From positions 450,001 to 482,000 of the forward strand of contig NC_008698.1 in assembly GCF_000015225.1 (NCBI RefSeq): a DNA stretch of 32,000 bases, written 5' to 3'. The DNA is from Thermofilum pendens Hrk 5. GTDB lineage: Archaea > Thermoproteota > Thermoprotei > Thermofilales > Thermofilaceae. Positions 1 through 9,561 of this stretch are shown here, piece by piece (the first letter of the stretch is position 1; each line of letters begins with the position of its first letter). Both the position numbers and the translations under genes were made by a program. A model generated the notes under the pieces. That model was given only the letters and a program-made list of their open reading frames with translations. It had not been told where the DNA came from and did not search any database.

Positions 1-419
1 GCTCTCCGATAGCTATAACGCCAAGGCAACTGGAAGCTCTTATCAGGCTCTCGGAGGCTCACGCTCGCATGCATCTCCGCGACGTGGTTACTGCTCGTGA
101 CGCGGAAGTCGCTATTAGCCTTATGGAATACTTCCTGAGAAACGTCGGCATAGACACGCAAACAATGACCATCGATATCGATACTATAATGACTGGGCAG
201 CCTAAGTCTCAGCGCGAGAAGCTGATCGCCGTGCTGGACACGGTTAAAAACCTCGTTAGACAAAACAACGGCGAGCCTATAAAGGAGGAGGACCTGTACT
301 CCGAGTTGGAGAAAAACGGCATTGACAGGAACTTCGCTAGGAAAGCTATAGAGAAGTTGCTTGAACAGGGAGAATTGATGCAGCCGTCACCGGGGCGCAT
401 TAGCGTTGTTTCTCTCTAG
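1..419 (+). CDS. mcm: MCM replicative helicase, C-terminal part (5' end lies outside the window)
   Basis: The frame is open from the window edge (SPIAITPRQLEALIRLSEAHARMHLRDVVTARDAEVAISLMEYFL...). This is the conserved MCM post-AAA+ helix, followed by a winged-helix-like tail. Stop TAG at 417-419. Confidence 0.85.
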   Translation, partial: SPIAITPRQLEALIRLSEAHARMHLRDVVTARDAEVAISLMEYFLRNVGIDTQTMTIDIDTIMTGQPKSQREKLIAVLDTVKNLVRQNNGEPIKEEDLYSELEKNGIDRNFARKAIEKLLEQGELMQPSPGRISVVSL

Positions 420-482
420 CGCGTGCGCAGAGAAAAGCAAGGATTTATTGATGCAATCCTTCTCTAACGCGCGGCGCGACGC

Positions 483-2702
483 ATGAAGCCAACGAGAGCT
501 GTGCTGTCAAGGTACTTCCCCGATGAGGTTGTCCGTAAGATAGAGGAGCGCTTCAACATAAAGACACTCTACCCAACACAGGTAGCAGCGGTTGAGAAAG
601 GTGTCCTAGACGGGAAAAACATCGTTCTAAGCGCTCCCACAGCTTCAGGGAAGACCCTGGTGGCAGAGCTCGCCGCACTTAAACACCTTTTAAACGGAGG
701 AAAGGTGCTCTACCTTGCACCCTTAAGGGCTCTCGCCTCGGAGAAGTTCAAAGAGTTCAAAGAGTTCTTCGGGGAGTTTGGCTATAGGTCTGTTCTAAGC
801 ACAGGAGACTACGACACGGCAGACCCCTCGCTGGGTAAATACGACGTGATAGTGACTACGAACGAGAAGGCTGACAGCCTCCTGCGCCATAGCGCGCCCT
901 GGTTTCCCGACGTAACTTTAGTGATAGCAGACGAGGTTCACCTGCTTGGCTCGGAGAAACGTGGGGCGACGCTCGAAGTCCTGCTTACGCGTATACTTCT
1001 GAGCGAGGATCCTCCGCAGATCCTGGGCCTGAGTGCGACTATAGGGAACCTTGAGGAGGTGGCAAGATGGCTGAACGCTACACCCGTGAGCGTGGAGTGG
1101 CGCCCAGTCCTCCTAAGGGAAGGAGTATACTACGATGGAACAATATTCTACGCTGATGGAGCGTCGAGGAGCGTCGAGGACGTGGGCTCGGCTCTCGCGA
1201 ACCTTGTTCACGACGTGTTAAGAGAGGAAGGGCAAGCCCTAGTATTTTCGCCTACGCGGAGAGCCGCCAGCAGCGACGCCAAAAAGCTGTCCGTATATAC
1301 ACGGAAGTTCCTTCGAGACTCGGAGAGGCGACACTTAAAAGAGGCAGCGCGCAAGGTGCTCTCGTCCCACGCCGACAAATTAACGAACGAGCTGGCAGAG
1401 CTCATGCTTCATGGAGTCGCATTTCACCATGCGGGACTCTCCGGAGATGCCAGGGAGACTGTTGAACAGCTTTTCCGGGAAGGCTTCCTGAAGACTGTTG
1501 TCGCTACACCCACTCTAGCTGCAGGAGTGAATCTACCGGCAAGGCGAGTAATCATAACGGATTACCGCAGGTATAACGTAGAGCTGGGCTACCACGAAAG
1601 CATCCCGGTCATGGAGTACAAACAGATGGCTGGGCGCGCCGGGAGGCCTCAGTACGACAGGGAGGGCGAAGCCATTTTAATAGCGCGTAACATGGAAGAG
1701 GTGGAGTTCCTTTTCAAAAGGTACGTCTACTCTGCACCCGAGACCCTTCAGTCCCAACTAGGCTCCGAGCCTGTCCTCAGAGCGCAGGTTCTAGCTGTAA
1801 TCTCGACTGAAAGCAGGATTAAAACTACGGAGGATCTGGACAGGTTCCTGGAGAGAACGTTCTTCGCTTTAAAGTTCGGTACCTTCAGCCTTAGTACTCT
1901 TTCGAGAAAAGTTTTGCGAAGGCTCGTGGAGGGAGGATTGGTGGAACTTAACGGGGAAGCTTTGAAGCCGACGTTCCTTGGACGCCGTGTGGCTGAACTC
2001 TACATAGACCCTGAAACGGCGCTGGAAGGGTTAAGGTTCTTTAACTCAACGCCCGCCTCCTCGGAGCTAGCGTACCTCTTCCTGGTTTCGAAGACGCCAG
2101 ACATGGTTACGCTCAGCGTTAGAAGGAGCGACTACGAATTTTTAGAGACGGAGCTAGAAAACAGGAAAAACGAGATACCTTACCAGGTCCCGGAAGACGA
2201 GATAGAGTACGAATTCTTCCTGTCGTACCTCAAAACAGCCCTCCTTCTCAGCGACTGGATCAACGAGGTTCCAGAAGATGTTATCGTTGAAAAGTACGAC
2301 GTGGGCCCGGGCGACATATACTCCATGACGCAGACCGCCGAGTGGATAGCGTATTCTCTCTCGCAGATAGCCGACGTAACGGGCCATAAGGAGCACTCCT
2401 CCAGGCTTGGGGTCCTAAGCAAGAGGATCGCTCACGGAGTGAAGGAAGAACTACTGGAGCTCGTCTCGCTGAGAGGTATTGGACGCGTGAGAGCCAGGAG
2501 GCTATACGAGCACGGCTACAAGTCCCTCGTAGACCTTATACTCGCCGATGAGCGCGACCTTACGAGGATCCCGGGGATAGGACCCAACCTCGCGCGCTCC
2601 ATAAAGCGGCAACTAGGCGCGGTGGGAGAGAAAGAGGAGGAAAATGAAGAAGATTACGGGCCGGTGGAAGAGGGTCAGCTCAACCTAGACTCGTACCTGT
2701 AG
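483..2702 (+). CDS. hel308: Hel308/Hjm-type Ski2-like DNA helicase
   Basis: 739 aa. Walker A APTASGKT, DEVH box (IADEVH), SAT motif, and C-terminal helix-hairpin-helix (LRGIGRVRARRLYEHGY...IPGIGPNLA). TATA-like ATTTATT about 35 nt upstream of the ATG. Confidence 0.9.
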   Translation: MKPTRAVLSRYFPDEVVRKIEERFNIKTLYPTQVAAVEKGVLDGKNIVLSAPTASGKTLVAELAALKHLLNGGKVLYLAPLRALASEKFKEFKEFFGEFGYRSVLSTGDYDTADPSLGKYDVIVTTNEKADSLLRHSAPWFPDVTLVIADEVHLLGSEKRGATLEVLLTRILLSEDPPQILGLSATIGNLEEVARWLNATPVSVEWRPVLLREGVYYDGTIFYADGASRSVEDVGSALANLVHDVLREEGQALVFSPTRRAASSDAKKLSVYTRKFLRDSERRHLKEAARKVLSSHADKLTNELAELMLHGVAFHHAGLSGDARETVEQLFREGFLKTVVATPTLAAGVNLPARRVIITDYRRYNVELGYHESIPVMEYKQMAGRAGRPQYDREGEAILIARNMEEVEFLFKRYVYSAPETLQSQLGSEPVLRAQVLAVISTESRIKTTEDLDRFLERTFFALKFGTFSLSTLSRKVLRRLVEGGLVELNGEALKPTFLGRRVAELYIDPETALEGLRFFNSTPASSELAYLFLVSKTPDMVTLSVRRSDYEFLETELENRKNEIPYQVPEDEIEYEFFLSYLKTALLLSDWINEVPEDVIVEKYDVGPGDIYSMTQTAEWIAYSLSQIADVTGHKEHSSRLGVLSKRIAHGVKEELLELVSLRGIGRVRARRLYEHGYKSLVDLILADERDLTRIPGIGPNLARSIKRQLGAVGEKEEENEEDYGPVEEGQLNLDSYL

Positions 2703-2717
2703 CCACTCGTCTCGCTA

Positions 2718-2776
2718 GGTCAGTGGTACTCCTGGTCTTCATCGCGTAAAGCTCAGGAGGCGCATCTCATCACCTC
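2718..2776 (-). ncRNA. C/D-box sRNA candidate (between convergent hel308 and infB)
   Basis: Boxes read on the minus strand: C box GUGAUGA (2767-2773), 10-nt spacer, D' CUGA (2753-2756), C' AUGAAGA (2736-2742), exactly 12-nt spacer, D box CUGA (2720-2723). TATA-like ATAGAATA (2796-2803, minus) lies about 26 nt upstream of the C box. Confidence 0.5.
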
Positions 2777-2786
2777 CGCGCATGCC

Positions 2787-4592
2787 TTAAGGGTATTCTA
2801 TCTCCTTGCTTAAACCCATTTTGAACCTCATGAGCTTCCTTAAGTAGCTTTTCTCGTTCTCTGCCAGGTACTTTTCGTACTTCTCCAGAAGACGGTTTAT
2901 CTCCTCGATCGAAAGGTTGGAGTATAAGTAGTCTCCTTCCTTTACCTGCCGCCCTACTATAGCCTTGCTCCTAATCGAAATAGCTACCTCGGCCCCCTCG
3001 CTCACCACGTCCAGCACTTTGTCGTGTTCTTTTATCTGCATGATCTCTCCTATCTCCCTACCGTCCTTCGTTATCAGCGGTACCCCACTGCGTATCCTGC
3101 CGCAGACAACCCTTACACCCACGATTATCGGGTCACGCCTGCGGAAGACGTACCCCGGCAGGATCTGTACCACGGCAGGCGGGGTTATCTTTTCGAACGC
3201 CTTCCTCACTTCAGCGTCTCTAGTTTCCTGCAACCATTTCTGGTAGTTTTCAACTAGCTTGTACATGATTCTCTCCTGGAACACCGGGATACCATGGCGG
3301 GCTGCTTCATCCTGCGCCTCTGGTAGAATCTTCACGTTGAAGGCTAGTATAGCCGCGTAAAGCGGATCCTTCTCTTTAACCATGCTCGCCTGAACGACGT
3401 CCCTTTTAACGACCGGTCCTATATCTGCCACGCGTATCGGTATCCCCTGTTTCTTCAGGTAACCTACGAGCGCCTCTAGCGTTCCGAGAGTATCCGCCTT
3501 GACAACAACGCCCACAACGTCCCTCTCGAACTTCACGCCGGAGATCTCCTCCTCTACTAGTTGCTTTAGACGACCCACTTCTTCCTCGCTTACCGCGACG
3601 AAGAGCGGCGCGCCGGGCACAGCCTTTTCCAACCCCTCGGCTACCAGCTTCACGCCCGCGGCAGCTACTATCCTTTCCACTTCGAGGAATCTGTCCTCCG
3701 GAGACCTCATCTCGTCGAGAGGTTTTGGCATAAGTAGTGCGCGAACCCTTGTAGAAAAAGCCCCCTCAATCCCACCGGTTACCACGATGTCGCCTCTTCG
3801 AATAACCCCATCGTAGAGAATCAGCGTGGCGGTCATTCCCAGCCCAGCCTCCTCCTTAAGCTCCAAAATAACCCCTTTTCCCGGAGCAATGCTCGCGAGA
3901 AGCCTGCCCTTCAGGTATCGCTGAGCAAGCCCGGCCAATACGAGCAACAGGTCCGGTATACCTTCCCCTGTTACCGCGCTTACAGGGACCAAGGCGAGTA
4001 CCCTGGTAAAGTCCCGTATTCTGTCGTACCTGTCGCTCCTAAAGCCCAGCGACGCGAACTGCTGGATTATATAGCTTAAAAGCTCCTCCAGTTTTAGCTG
4101 AGCGGCTTCACTCTGCCTTTTCACCGACTCTACAAACGGGGTATTCGGAAAACTCTTCCACCCGGGGATCTTATCGATCTTATTCACCGCTACAATGAAC
4201 GGAACCTTCCTCTCTCTCAGGATATCTATAGACTCGAAGGTTTGTTGCTCAAGACCCCTCAAAACATCTACTACCAGTATCGCTATGTCCGCTATGCTCC
4301 CTCCGCGCCTCCTCAGATTGGAGAAAGCTTCGTGGCCAGGCGTATCGATAACCAGGAAGCCTGGAATCACAACCTCGGCTCTTATCTGCGAGACAAGACT
4401 GCCGCATACGGCTTCTAGGGCCTTCCAGGGGAGAAAAGAAGCGCCGATATGCTGCGTCATCGTACCGGGTTCTCGCTTAGCTACAGCCGTCCCCCTGATC
4501 TTGTCCAGCAACGTAGTCTTGCCTGCATCAACGTGCCCCAGAACAACGACTATTGGAGCCCTAAGAAATTGAGAGCCCTGGTCATTGCTCAT
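2787..4592 (-). CDS. infB: Translation initiation factor aIF5B (IF-2 family GTPase)
   Basis: 601 aa. G1 GHVDAGKTTLLD, G3 DTPGHEAF, G4 NKID. Length and domain order are typical of aIF5B. An 11-nt gap separates it from the upstream L24e gene. Confidence 0.95.
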   Translation of the reverse strand: MSNDQGSQFLRAPIVVVLGHVDAGKTTLLDKIRGTAVAKREPGTMTQHIGASFLPWKALEAVCGSLVSQIRAEVVIPGFLVIDTPGHEAFSNLRRRGGSIADIAILVVDVLRGLEQQTFESIDILRERKVPFIVAVNKIDKIPGWKSFPNTPFVESVKRQSEAAQLKLEELLSYIIQQFASLGFRSDRYDRIRDFTRVLALVPVSAVTGEGIPDLLLVLAGLAQRYLKGRLLASIAPGKGVILELKEEAGLGMTATLILYDGVIRRGDIVVTGGIEGAFSTRVRALLMPKPLDEMRSPEDRFLEVERIVAAAGVKLVAEGLEKAVPGAPLFVAVSEEEVGRLKQLVEEEISGVKFERDVVGVVVKADTLGTLEALVGYLKKQGIPIRVADIGPVVKRDVVQASMVKEKDPLYAAILAFNVKILPEAQDEAARHGIPVFQERIMYKLVENYQKWLQETRDAEVRKAFEKITPPAVVQILPGYVFRRRDPIIVGVRVVCGRIRSGVPLITKDGREIGEIMQIKEHDKVLDVVSEGAEVAISIRSKAIVGRQVKEGDYLYSNLSIEEINRLLEKYEKYLAENEKSYLRKLMRFKMGLSKEIEYP

Positions 4593-4603
4593 CGAGGTCC
4601 ACT

Positions 4604-4810
<207 letters not shown>

Positions 4811-4901
4811 CTATCTTGTATCTATCCTGTTAAAAACATTTTCGCGCGCACAGAGCTTTACTCACTAGGCACGCGCGTTTTAAACCGGAGCAATTTTTGG
4901 A

Positions 4902-5135
4902 GTGATGAAGAAAAAAGGCAAGGCGCGGAAAGGCGACGACAAAGCCGAGGCGTGGAGCACGGTTCCTTTCGACTTCTCCTTCGCCGATACCATGAGGCAG
5001 TACGAGGCCGACTTCGAAGAACCCGAGTACTTCGACCCTGATCTCCACGCGGAGTGGTGCAGAGAATTGAGGGAGTCATGTGGGAGAGGCGACGAAGTAG
5101 CGTGTGAAAAGTTCAGAGAAGAGTGCGAGAAGTAA
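4902..5135 (+). CDS. Small acidic cysteine-containing hypothetical protein
   Basis: 77-aa ORF. TTTTAAA box about 25 nt upstream of the ATG gives leaderless geometry. The C-terminal half has 4 Cys spaced CX6C-X7-C-X6C within predicted helices. I recognise no family. Confidence 0.45.
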   Translation: MMKKKGKARKGDDKAEAWSTVPFDFSFADTMRQYEADFEEPEYFDPDLHAEWCRELRESCGRGDEVACEKFREECEK

Positions 5136-5156
5136 GCAAATCTTTCTCTCAATGTG

Positions 5157-5183
5157 CCTTGCGCGCAAGGCGCTACGTTTTTT
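5157..5183 (+). terminator. Perfect 14-nt palindrome CCTTGCGCGCAAGG followed by a T6 run
   Basis: It starts 22 nt after the stop of the 4902-5135 ORF. Hairpin 5157-5170, T-run 5178-5183. The same T-run plus ACA could double as the TATA-like box for the downstream sRNA candidate. Confidence 0.4.
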
Positions 5184-5207
5184 ACATGCTTGCTTCTTTG
5201 TATTCAA

Positions 5208-5265
5208 GGCGATGAAGAGACTGACCTGGGCAGATTTAGTGACGACATGCACCTATGCTGAGCAA
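5208..5265 (+). ncRNA. C/D-box sRNA candidate
   Basis: C box AUGAAGA (5212-5218), 12-nt spacer, D' CAGA (5231-5234), 4-nt linker, C' GUGACGA (5239-5245), 12-nt spacer, D CUGA (5258-5261), then a T-run. This is the canonical archaeal 12-nt guide architecture. A/T box at 5178-5186 lies about 27 nt upstream. Confidence 0.55.
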
Positions 5266-5315
5266 GTATTTTTCCTGTAGAAAACAGGGAAAAACTCTGC
5301 GGCTCCTGGCTATAG

Positions 5316-6596
5316 CTAGGGGCTCGTCTGAGCGCTCTCACCAGTGCTTACACTTTCCTGGATATTCTCCTCGCTCTTTTTCACCGAACTGAAGGTTGCT
5401 AGCACAATGTTGTCTGGCTTCCTTATTATCTCTCCTATCCTGACTCCAATAAGTGATTTAAGACCCTTCGTATACGCAACGTCCACTAAGCGCTGAGTGA
5501 TAATTCCGTCGAGCACTACGTGCGCCGCTCGTTCAACCTCCTTAAGCCTGTTGACAAGGTCCCTTACAGGAACTTTTTCAACGACCTGCCAGTTTTCATC
5601 GTAGATAACGGCTTCCAGCGTACCTTTAAGCTCTTCGAGTTTCTCGTAAACCTCAGCTGGTACTACGATTTCCTGCGCGATCTCCGGGTTCTTTTTAGTA
5701 GCAGACTTTATCAGCTTTGCCGGGGGGACTACTATCTCTGCTTTTACCTCTTTTTGTTGCTTTTTCTCCCTTTCTAGAGCTTGCAGAAACTCGTCAACCG
5801 GGATCTTATTCTGGAGCGCCCTCGCTATCTCCTTTGCAGTTAGATCCTCGACTTCCCTTCCCGGCGGAGCCCTTGCAACAAAGTCGACTTTCAGCGCGTT
5901 GATAACGTTTCTCGCTATGAGCTCTCCTCCCCGATCACCGTCAACGAAAAGTATAACCTTCTTGTTCTCCACCAAACTCTTGATGCTCTTAGGTATGGTA
6001 GCTCCTCCAAGCGCTATAACGTTCTTATATCCATGTCTAAGAAGGTTTTGTACGTCGGCACGCCCCTCCACAAGGATTACAGTATCGGATGTTTCAACTT
6101 CGGGGCCTCCTGGCAGCTTTTCCTCTCCGTACTCCACTATCTCTGCTACCCTTACACGCCTTAAGACCTCCTCGACGAGCTCCCTGGACTCCGGCACGCT
6201 CTCCAGGAGCTTTTTGTAAAGCTCAACCGCCCGCTCAATTATCTTCTGCCTCTTCTCCGCCCTTACATCCTCGATCGAGACTACCTCCGTCTTTGCAGGG
6301 TAAGGACCCACCTTGTCAATGCTCTCGATCGTAGCGGCGATGATAGCAGTCTCAGCCATGTCGAGGTTCGTCGGTATCTCTATCTCGGCTACTAGGGTGC
6401 CATCCTGCGATCGGGTGTTCACCTCTATGCGTCCAACTCTGCCGGTCTTTTGAAGCTCCCTCAAGTCGAGCTCTGATCCGAGCAAGCCTTCTGCCTGGCC
6501 AAAGATAGCCCCTATTATGTCGTGTTTTTCGACGGATCCTTTTATCTCCATCTTAGCCTTTATCACGTACTTAGGTGAGACAGGTAAACCTCCCAT
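5316..6596 (-). CDS. dnaG: Archaeal DnaG-like primase (TOPRIM; exosome-associated)
   Basis: 426 aa. N-terminus KYVIKAKMEIKGSVEKHDIIGAIFGQAEGLLG is typical of archaeal DnaG. TOPRIM motifs ILVEGRADV and FVDGDRGGE. Confidence 0.9.
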   Translation of the reverse strand: MGGLPVSPKYVIKAKMEIKGSVEKHDIIGAIFGQAEGLLGSELDLRELQKTGRVGRIEVNTRSQDGTLVAEIEIPTNLDMAETAIIAATIESIDKVGPYPAKTEVVSIEDVRAEKRQKIIERAVELYKKLLESVPESRELVEEVLRRVRVAEIVEYGEEKLPGGPEVETSDTVILVEGRADVQNLLRHGYKNVIALGGATIPKSIKSLVENKKVILFVDGDRGGELIARNVINALKVDFVARAPPGREVEDLTAKEIARALQNKIPVDEFLQALEREKKQQKEVKAEIVVPPAKLIKSATKKNPEIAQEIVVPAEVYEKLEELKGTLEAVIYDENWQVVEKVPVRDLVNRLKEVERAAHVVLDGIITQRLVDVAYTKGLKSLIGVRIGEIIRKPDNIVLATFSSVKKSEENIQESVSTGESAQTSP

Positions 6597-6849
6597 CCTC
6601 GCACACCTTTACCTTGACACACCAAGACCAGTATATGAACTTTCATACACACGACGCGGGACGCTGTAGCCGCCAGGCAACACGCCTTTTCACGGCTACC
6701 GGCGGTACACCGCCTTTTGCTTGAGACGCTCTCTGCTGGCGGCAACGGCGCGCCCCGCTCTGTAAAACGTTAAGAAGGCCCACTTTTTACTTTTTCGCAT
6801 CCGCTCGATGTTCAAACGAGCTTATTCTGCAACAAAACATTGTTATACT

Positions 6850-8145
6850 TTAAAATCCCCTAGGCAACCCCCTCATTCTCGACCTAGAGAGTTGCCTCAT
6901 AACTTTCTTCATGTTTCTATACGCTTCAAGTAACTGCTTTACATCTCTTGGAGAAACGCCGGAACCTCTCGCGATTCTACGCATCCTGGAGGAATCTATG
7001 ATTTCCGGGTTTAGCAACTCCTCCATGGTCATAGAATTCATTATGTTTATCCACTTATCGATGTTAAGGTCCTCCTCCGATACTTTCACCTGCAACCCCA
7101 TCATTTCGGCTATCTTTGAGAGAGGTCCCATCTTCCTCAACCCCTCGAGTTGTTCCTTAAGGTCCAGCAATGTTATCTTCCCAGAAGCTATAGCTCTAGC
7201 TCTCTCCTTTTCGAGCCTGGCGAACTCTGAGAATCTCTGTAGAAGCGCCTCTAAGTCCGGCATTCCTAGAAGTCTCGCTACAAATTTCTTCGGGTTGAAC
7301 TCCTCTAGATCCTCGATCTTCTCTCCCGTACCTATGAAGATTACTCTAGCCTTAGAGGATGCTACGGCCGAGAGAGCCCCTCCGCCCTTAGCAGACCCAT
7401 CCATTTTAGCCACAATGACGTAGCCAAACGGCATGGCTTCCTGGAAGGCTCTAGCTTGGCGTGCCACAGCGCTTCCCTGAGTTGCGTCAACGACGAGAAC
7501 CACGGCATCGGGTTTCACCTCTCTGTATAGGGTTTTCACCTCCTCCATGAGCGCTTCTTCATCCTTGTGTCTACCGGCTGTATCTATCAAGATCATCTGT
7601 ATACCTTTGTCTGATAGCACTTTCACGCCCCTCAAGGCTAGACTCACGGCATCTCTTTCCTGGGGGTCTCCGTAAAAGGGGACGCCTACCTTCTCAGCTA
7701 ACGATCTTAGCTGTTCGTACGCCCCAGGTCTATACGTATCAGCAGCTACTACACCCACCCTGTAGCCTTTCCTCTTATAGTAGTTCGCGACTTTGGCAAC
7801 AGTGGTAGTTTTACCAGAGCCCTCGAGCCCCACAAACATGACCTTGAAAGGCGTCGAAGACACTTTGAGCTCGGGAGTCTCCTCGCCTCCCAGGAGGTTG
7901 ACAAGCTCCTCGTACAGTATTTTCACCAAGACCTCCTTCTTGGAGAAACCCGGCGGTTGTTCCTCCTCGAAAAACCTCTTCTTTATCCTCTCAGAAACGC
8001 TTAAGACAAGCCCTACATCAACGTCAGCCTTCAGCAAAGCCCTTTGAAGCTCCCTTATAACGAGGTCCACTTCTCTAGAGTCAAGGAGTACCGAAGACCT
8101 AATCCTCGAGACAACACCCATCAAGCTCTCTTTTAGGCTTTCCAT
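6850..8145 (-). CDS. srp54: Signal recognition particle protein SRP54
   Basis: 431 aa. N domain, then G domain (GLEGSGKTTT, DTAGRH), then a Met-rich M domain (KIAEMMGL...INIMNSMTMEE). Confidence 0.95.
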   Translation of the reverse strand: MESLKESLMGVVSRIRSSVLLDSREVDLVIRELQRALLKADVDVGLVLSVSERIKKRFFEEEQPPGFSKKEVLVKILYEELVNLLGGEETPELKVSSTPFKVMFVGLEGSGKTTTVAKVANYYKRKGYRVGVVAADTYRPGAYEQLRSLAEKVGVPFYGDPQERDAVSLALRGVKVLSDKGIQMILIDTAGRHKDEEALMEEVKTLYREVKPDAVVLVVDATQGSAVARQARAFQEAMPFGYVIVAKMDGSAKGGGALSAVASSKARVIFIGTGEKIEDLEEFNPKKFVARLLGMPDLEALLQRFSEFARLEKERARAIASGKITLLDLKEQLEGLRKMGPLSKIAEMMGLQVKVSEEDLNIDKWINIMNSMTMEELLNPEIIDSSRMRRIARGSGVSPRDVKQLLEAYRNMKKVMRQLSRSRMRGLPRGF

Positions 8146-8347
8146 CCATGCTCTCCTTTAGGCTTACACTATCCTGGAAATAAGGTTAGCGCGTGCACGT
8201 TCACAGGGAAGAAAACGACACCTTCTTTCGTTGTTTTCCGTTTCAAGGCTTCTCTCCCAGCCCTTCTAAAGCCCTATGGAACACTGGGCTCTGCTGTCTT
8301 CGCGCGCTACGCAGCCTTTGTGAGAATTACGGATACCCACAAGTGGG

Positions 8348-9553
8348 TCATAGAGACAGAAGACTGTCCAGAGCCTTTTTCAGATTTTCCTTCACGTTCT
8401 CCGGGGCGTAGCCTTGCACTTCGACGCTACTTACGCGTTGGAAGCCATGCCCCTTAAGCGCCTCTGCTACCAGCTTGCCCGCCGTCCCGGCCCAACCGTA
8501 GCTTGAGAGTAGCAGAACGGCAAGCTTGTCGGACCTATATTCGAGCTTTTCCGCTATTAACCGAACCACGTAGTCCAGTACCGGTTGAACCCCGGCCTCG
8601 TAGGTTGCTCCGCCGAGTACTAGCAACTCAGCATCTGCGAGTTCTCCCAGGATATCGGAGATTCTAGGCCTGGAGGTATCCGTGAAGGCGTAAACCCTTG
8701 TCTCAAAGCCTCTCTGCGAAAGCTCTTCTATAGCCAGGCTTACCAGACGTTCCACGAAGCCATACATTGACACGTATACGACCACTGCTTTACCCTTAAC
8801 CGGCTCCCCGAGCGCTATACGTCGGTACTCGTCCAGTATTCTCTCGGCGTTTCTCCTAAAGATCGTACCATGAGATGGTGCAATGATGCGCGGCTTTACC
8901 CCTAGACTGCCGAGCTTTTCCAGGGCCTTCAATACGTGGGGAGAGTAATGCCCGATCACCGTTACATAGTACTTCTTGATGAACCATGCCAGTTTTTCGA
9001 AATTCTCAACGCTCTCATCGTAGAGAGCTGGAACGGAGTACGACCCGAAAGCGTCGCAGCTCAGAAGTACGCCGTCATCTCTAAGGTAACTCATTATTGT
9101 TTCGGGCCAGTGAAGCCACGGGGTGTACACGAAGTGAATGCTACGCTCCCCCACCTTTAACTCCTCTCCGTCCTTCACGGGCCTGAACCTGGTAACCCCG
9201 TAAAAAGAGGACAGCATCCTCCCGGCGATAGGGTGTCCCAGTGCGACTGCCTTCTCGGATACCCGCAGAACGTCCGGCACGCTGCCCGAGTGATCCGGCT
9301 CAGCGTGGTGAACAACTACATACCTGATATCCCCATAGTCCACTATTTCCCTAATTTTCTCCAAGAATAGCTCAGAAAACCACTTCTTCCACCCATCGAA
9401 GACCACTGCCCCCTCGCCGGTTAACAGGAGGTACGCGTTGTACGTAATGCCTTCTTCTATTTCCCACAGCGCCTCGAAAAACCTTGTCCTGTCGTCGTCA
9501 ACTCGGAGTACGTACAAATCGTCTACTACCTTGTCTACAAAAACTCTAGGCAT
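8348..9553 (-). CDS. Flavodiiron protein (FprA-like: metallo-beta-lactamase fold plus flavodoxin domain)
   Basis: Di-iron ligand motif HHAEPDHSG and a C-terminal flavodoxin-like domain. I chose the ATG at 9553 (MPRVFVDK) over the GTG at 9562. It lies 8 nt downstream of the hsp20 stop, suggesting an operon. Confidence 0.85.
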   Translation of the reverse strand: MPRVFVDKVVDDLYVLRVDDDRTRFFEALWEIEEGITYNAYLLLTGEGAVVFDGWKKWFSELFLEKIREIVDYGDIRYVVVHHAEPDHSGSVPDVLRVSEKAVALGHPIAGRMLSSFYGVTRFRPVKDGEELKVGERSIHFVYTPWLHWPETIMSYLRDDGVLLSCDAFGSYSVPALYDESVENFEKLAWFIKKYYVTVIGHYSPHVLKALEKLGSLGVKPRIIAPSHGTIFRRNAERILDEYRRIALGEPVKGKAVVVYVSMYGFVERLVSLAIEELSQRGFETRVYAFTDTSRPRISDILGELADAELLVLGGATYEAGVQPVLDYVVRLIAEKLEYRSDKLAVLLLSSYGWAGTAGKLVAEALKGHGFQRVSSVEVQGYAPENVKENLKKALDSLLSL

Positions 9554-9561
9554 AGCGTTCA

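Noticed and set aside
6597-6849. SRP RNA or RNase P RNA next to srp54
   Set aside because: The spacer (about 250 nt, including the dnaG promoter) is too short for a 7S RNA. I could not find RNase P CR-I/CR-V-type motifs (such as GAGGAAAGUCC or its complement). Only a generic structured element is reported.
8193-8411. 72-aa plus-strand ORF in the srp54/fprA spacer
   Set aside because: It overlaps the 3' end of fprA in antisense, shows no promoter geometry, and has a low-complexity translation.
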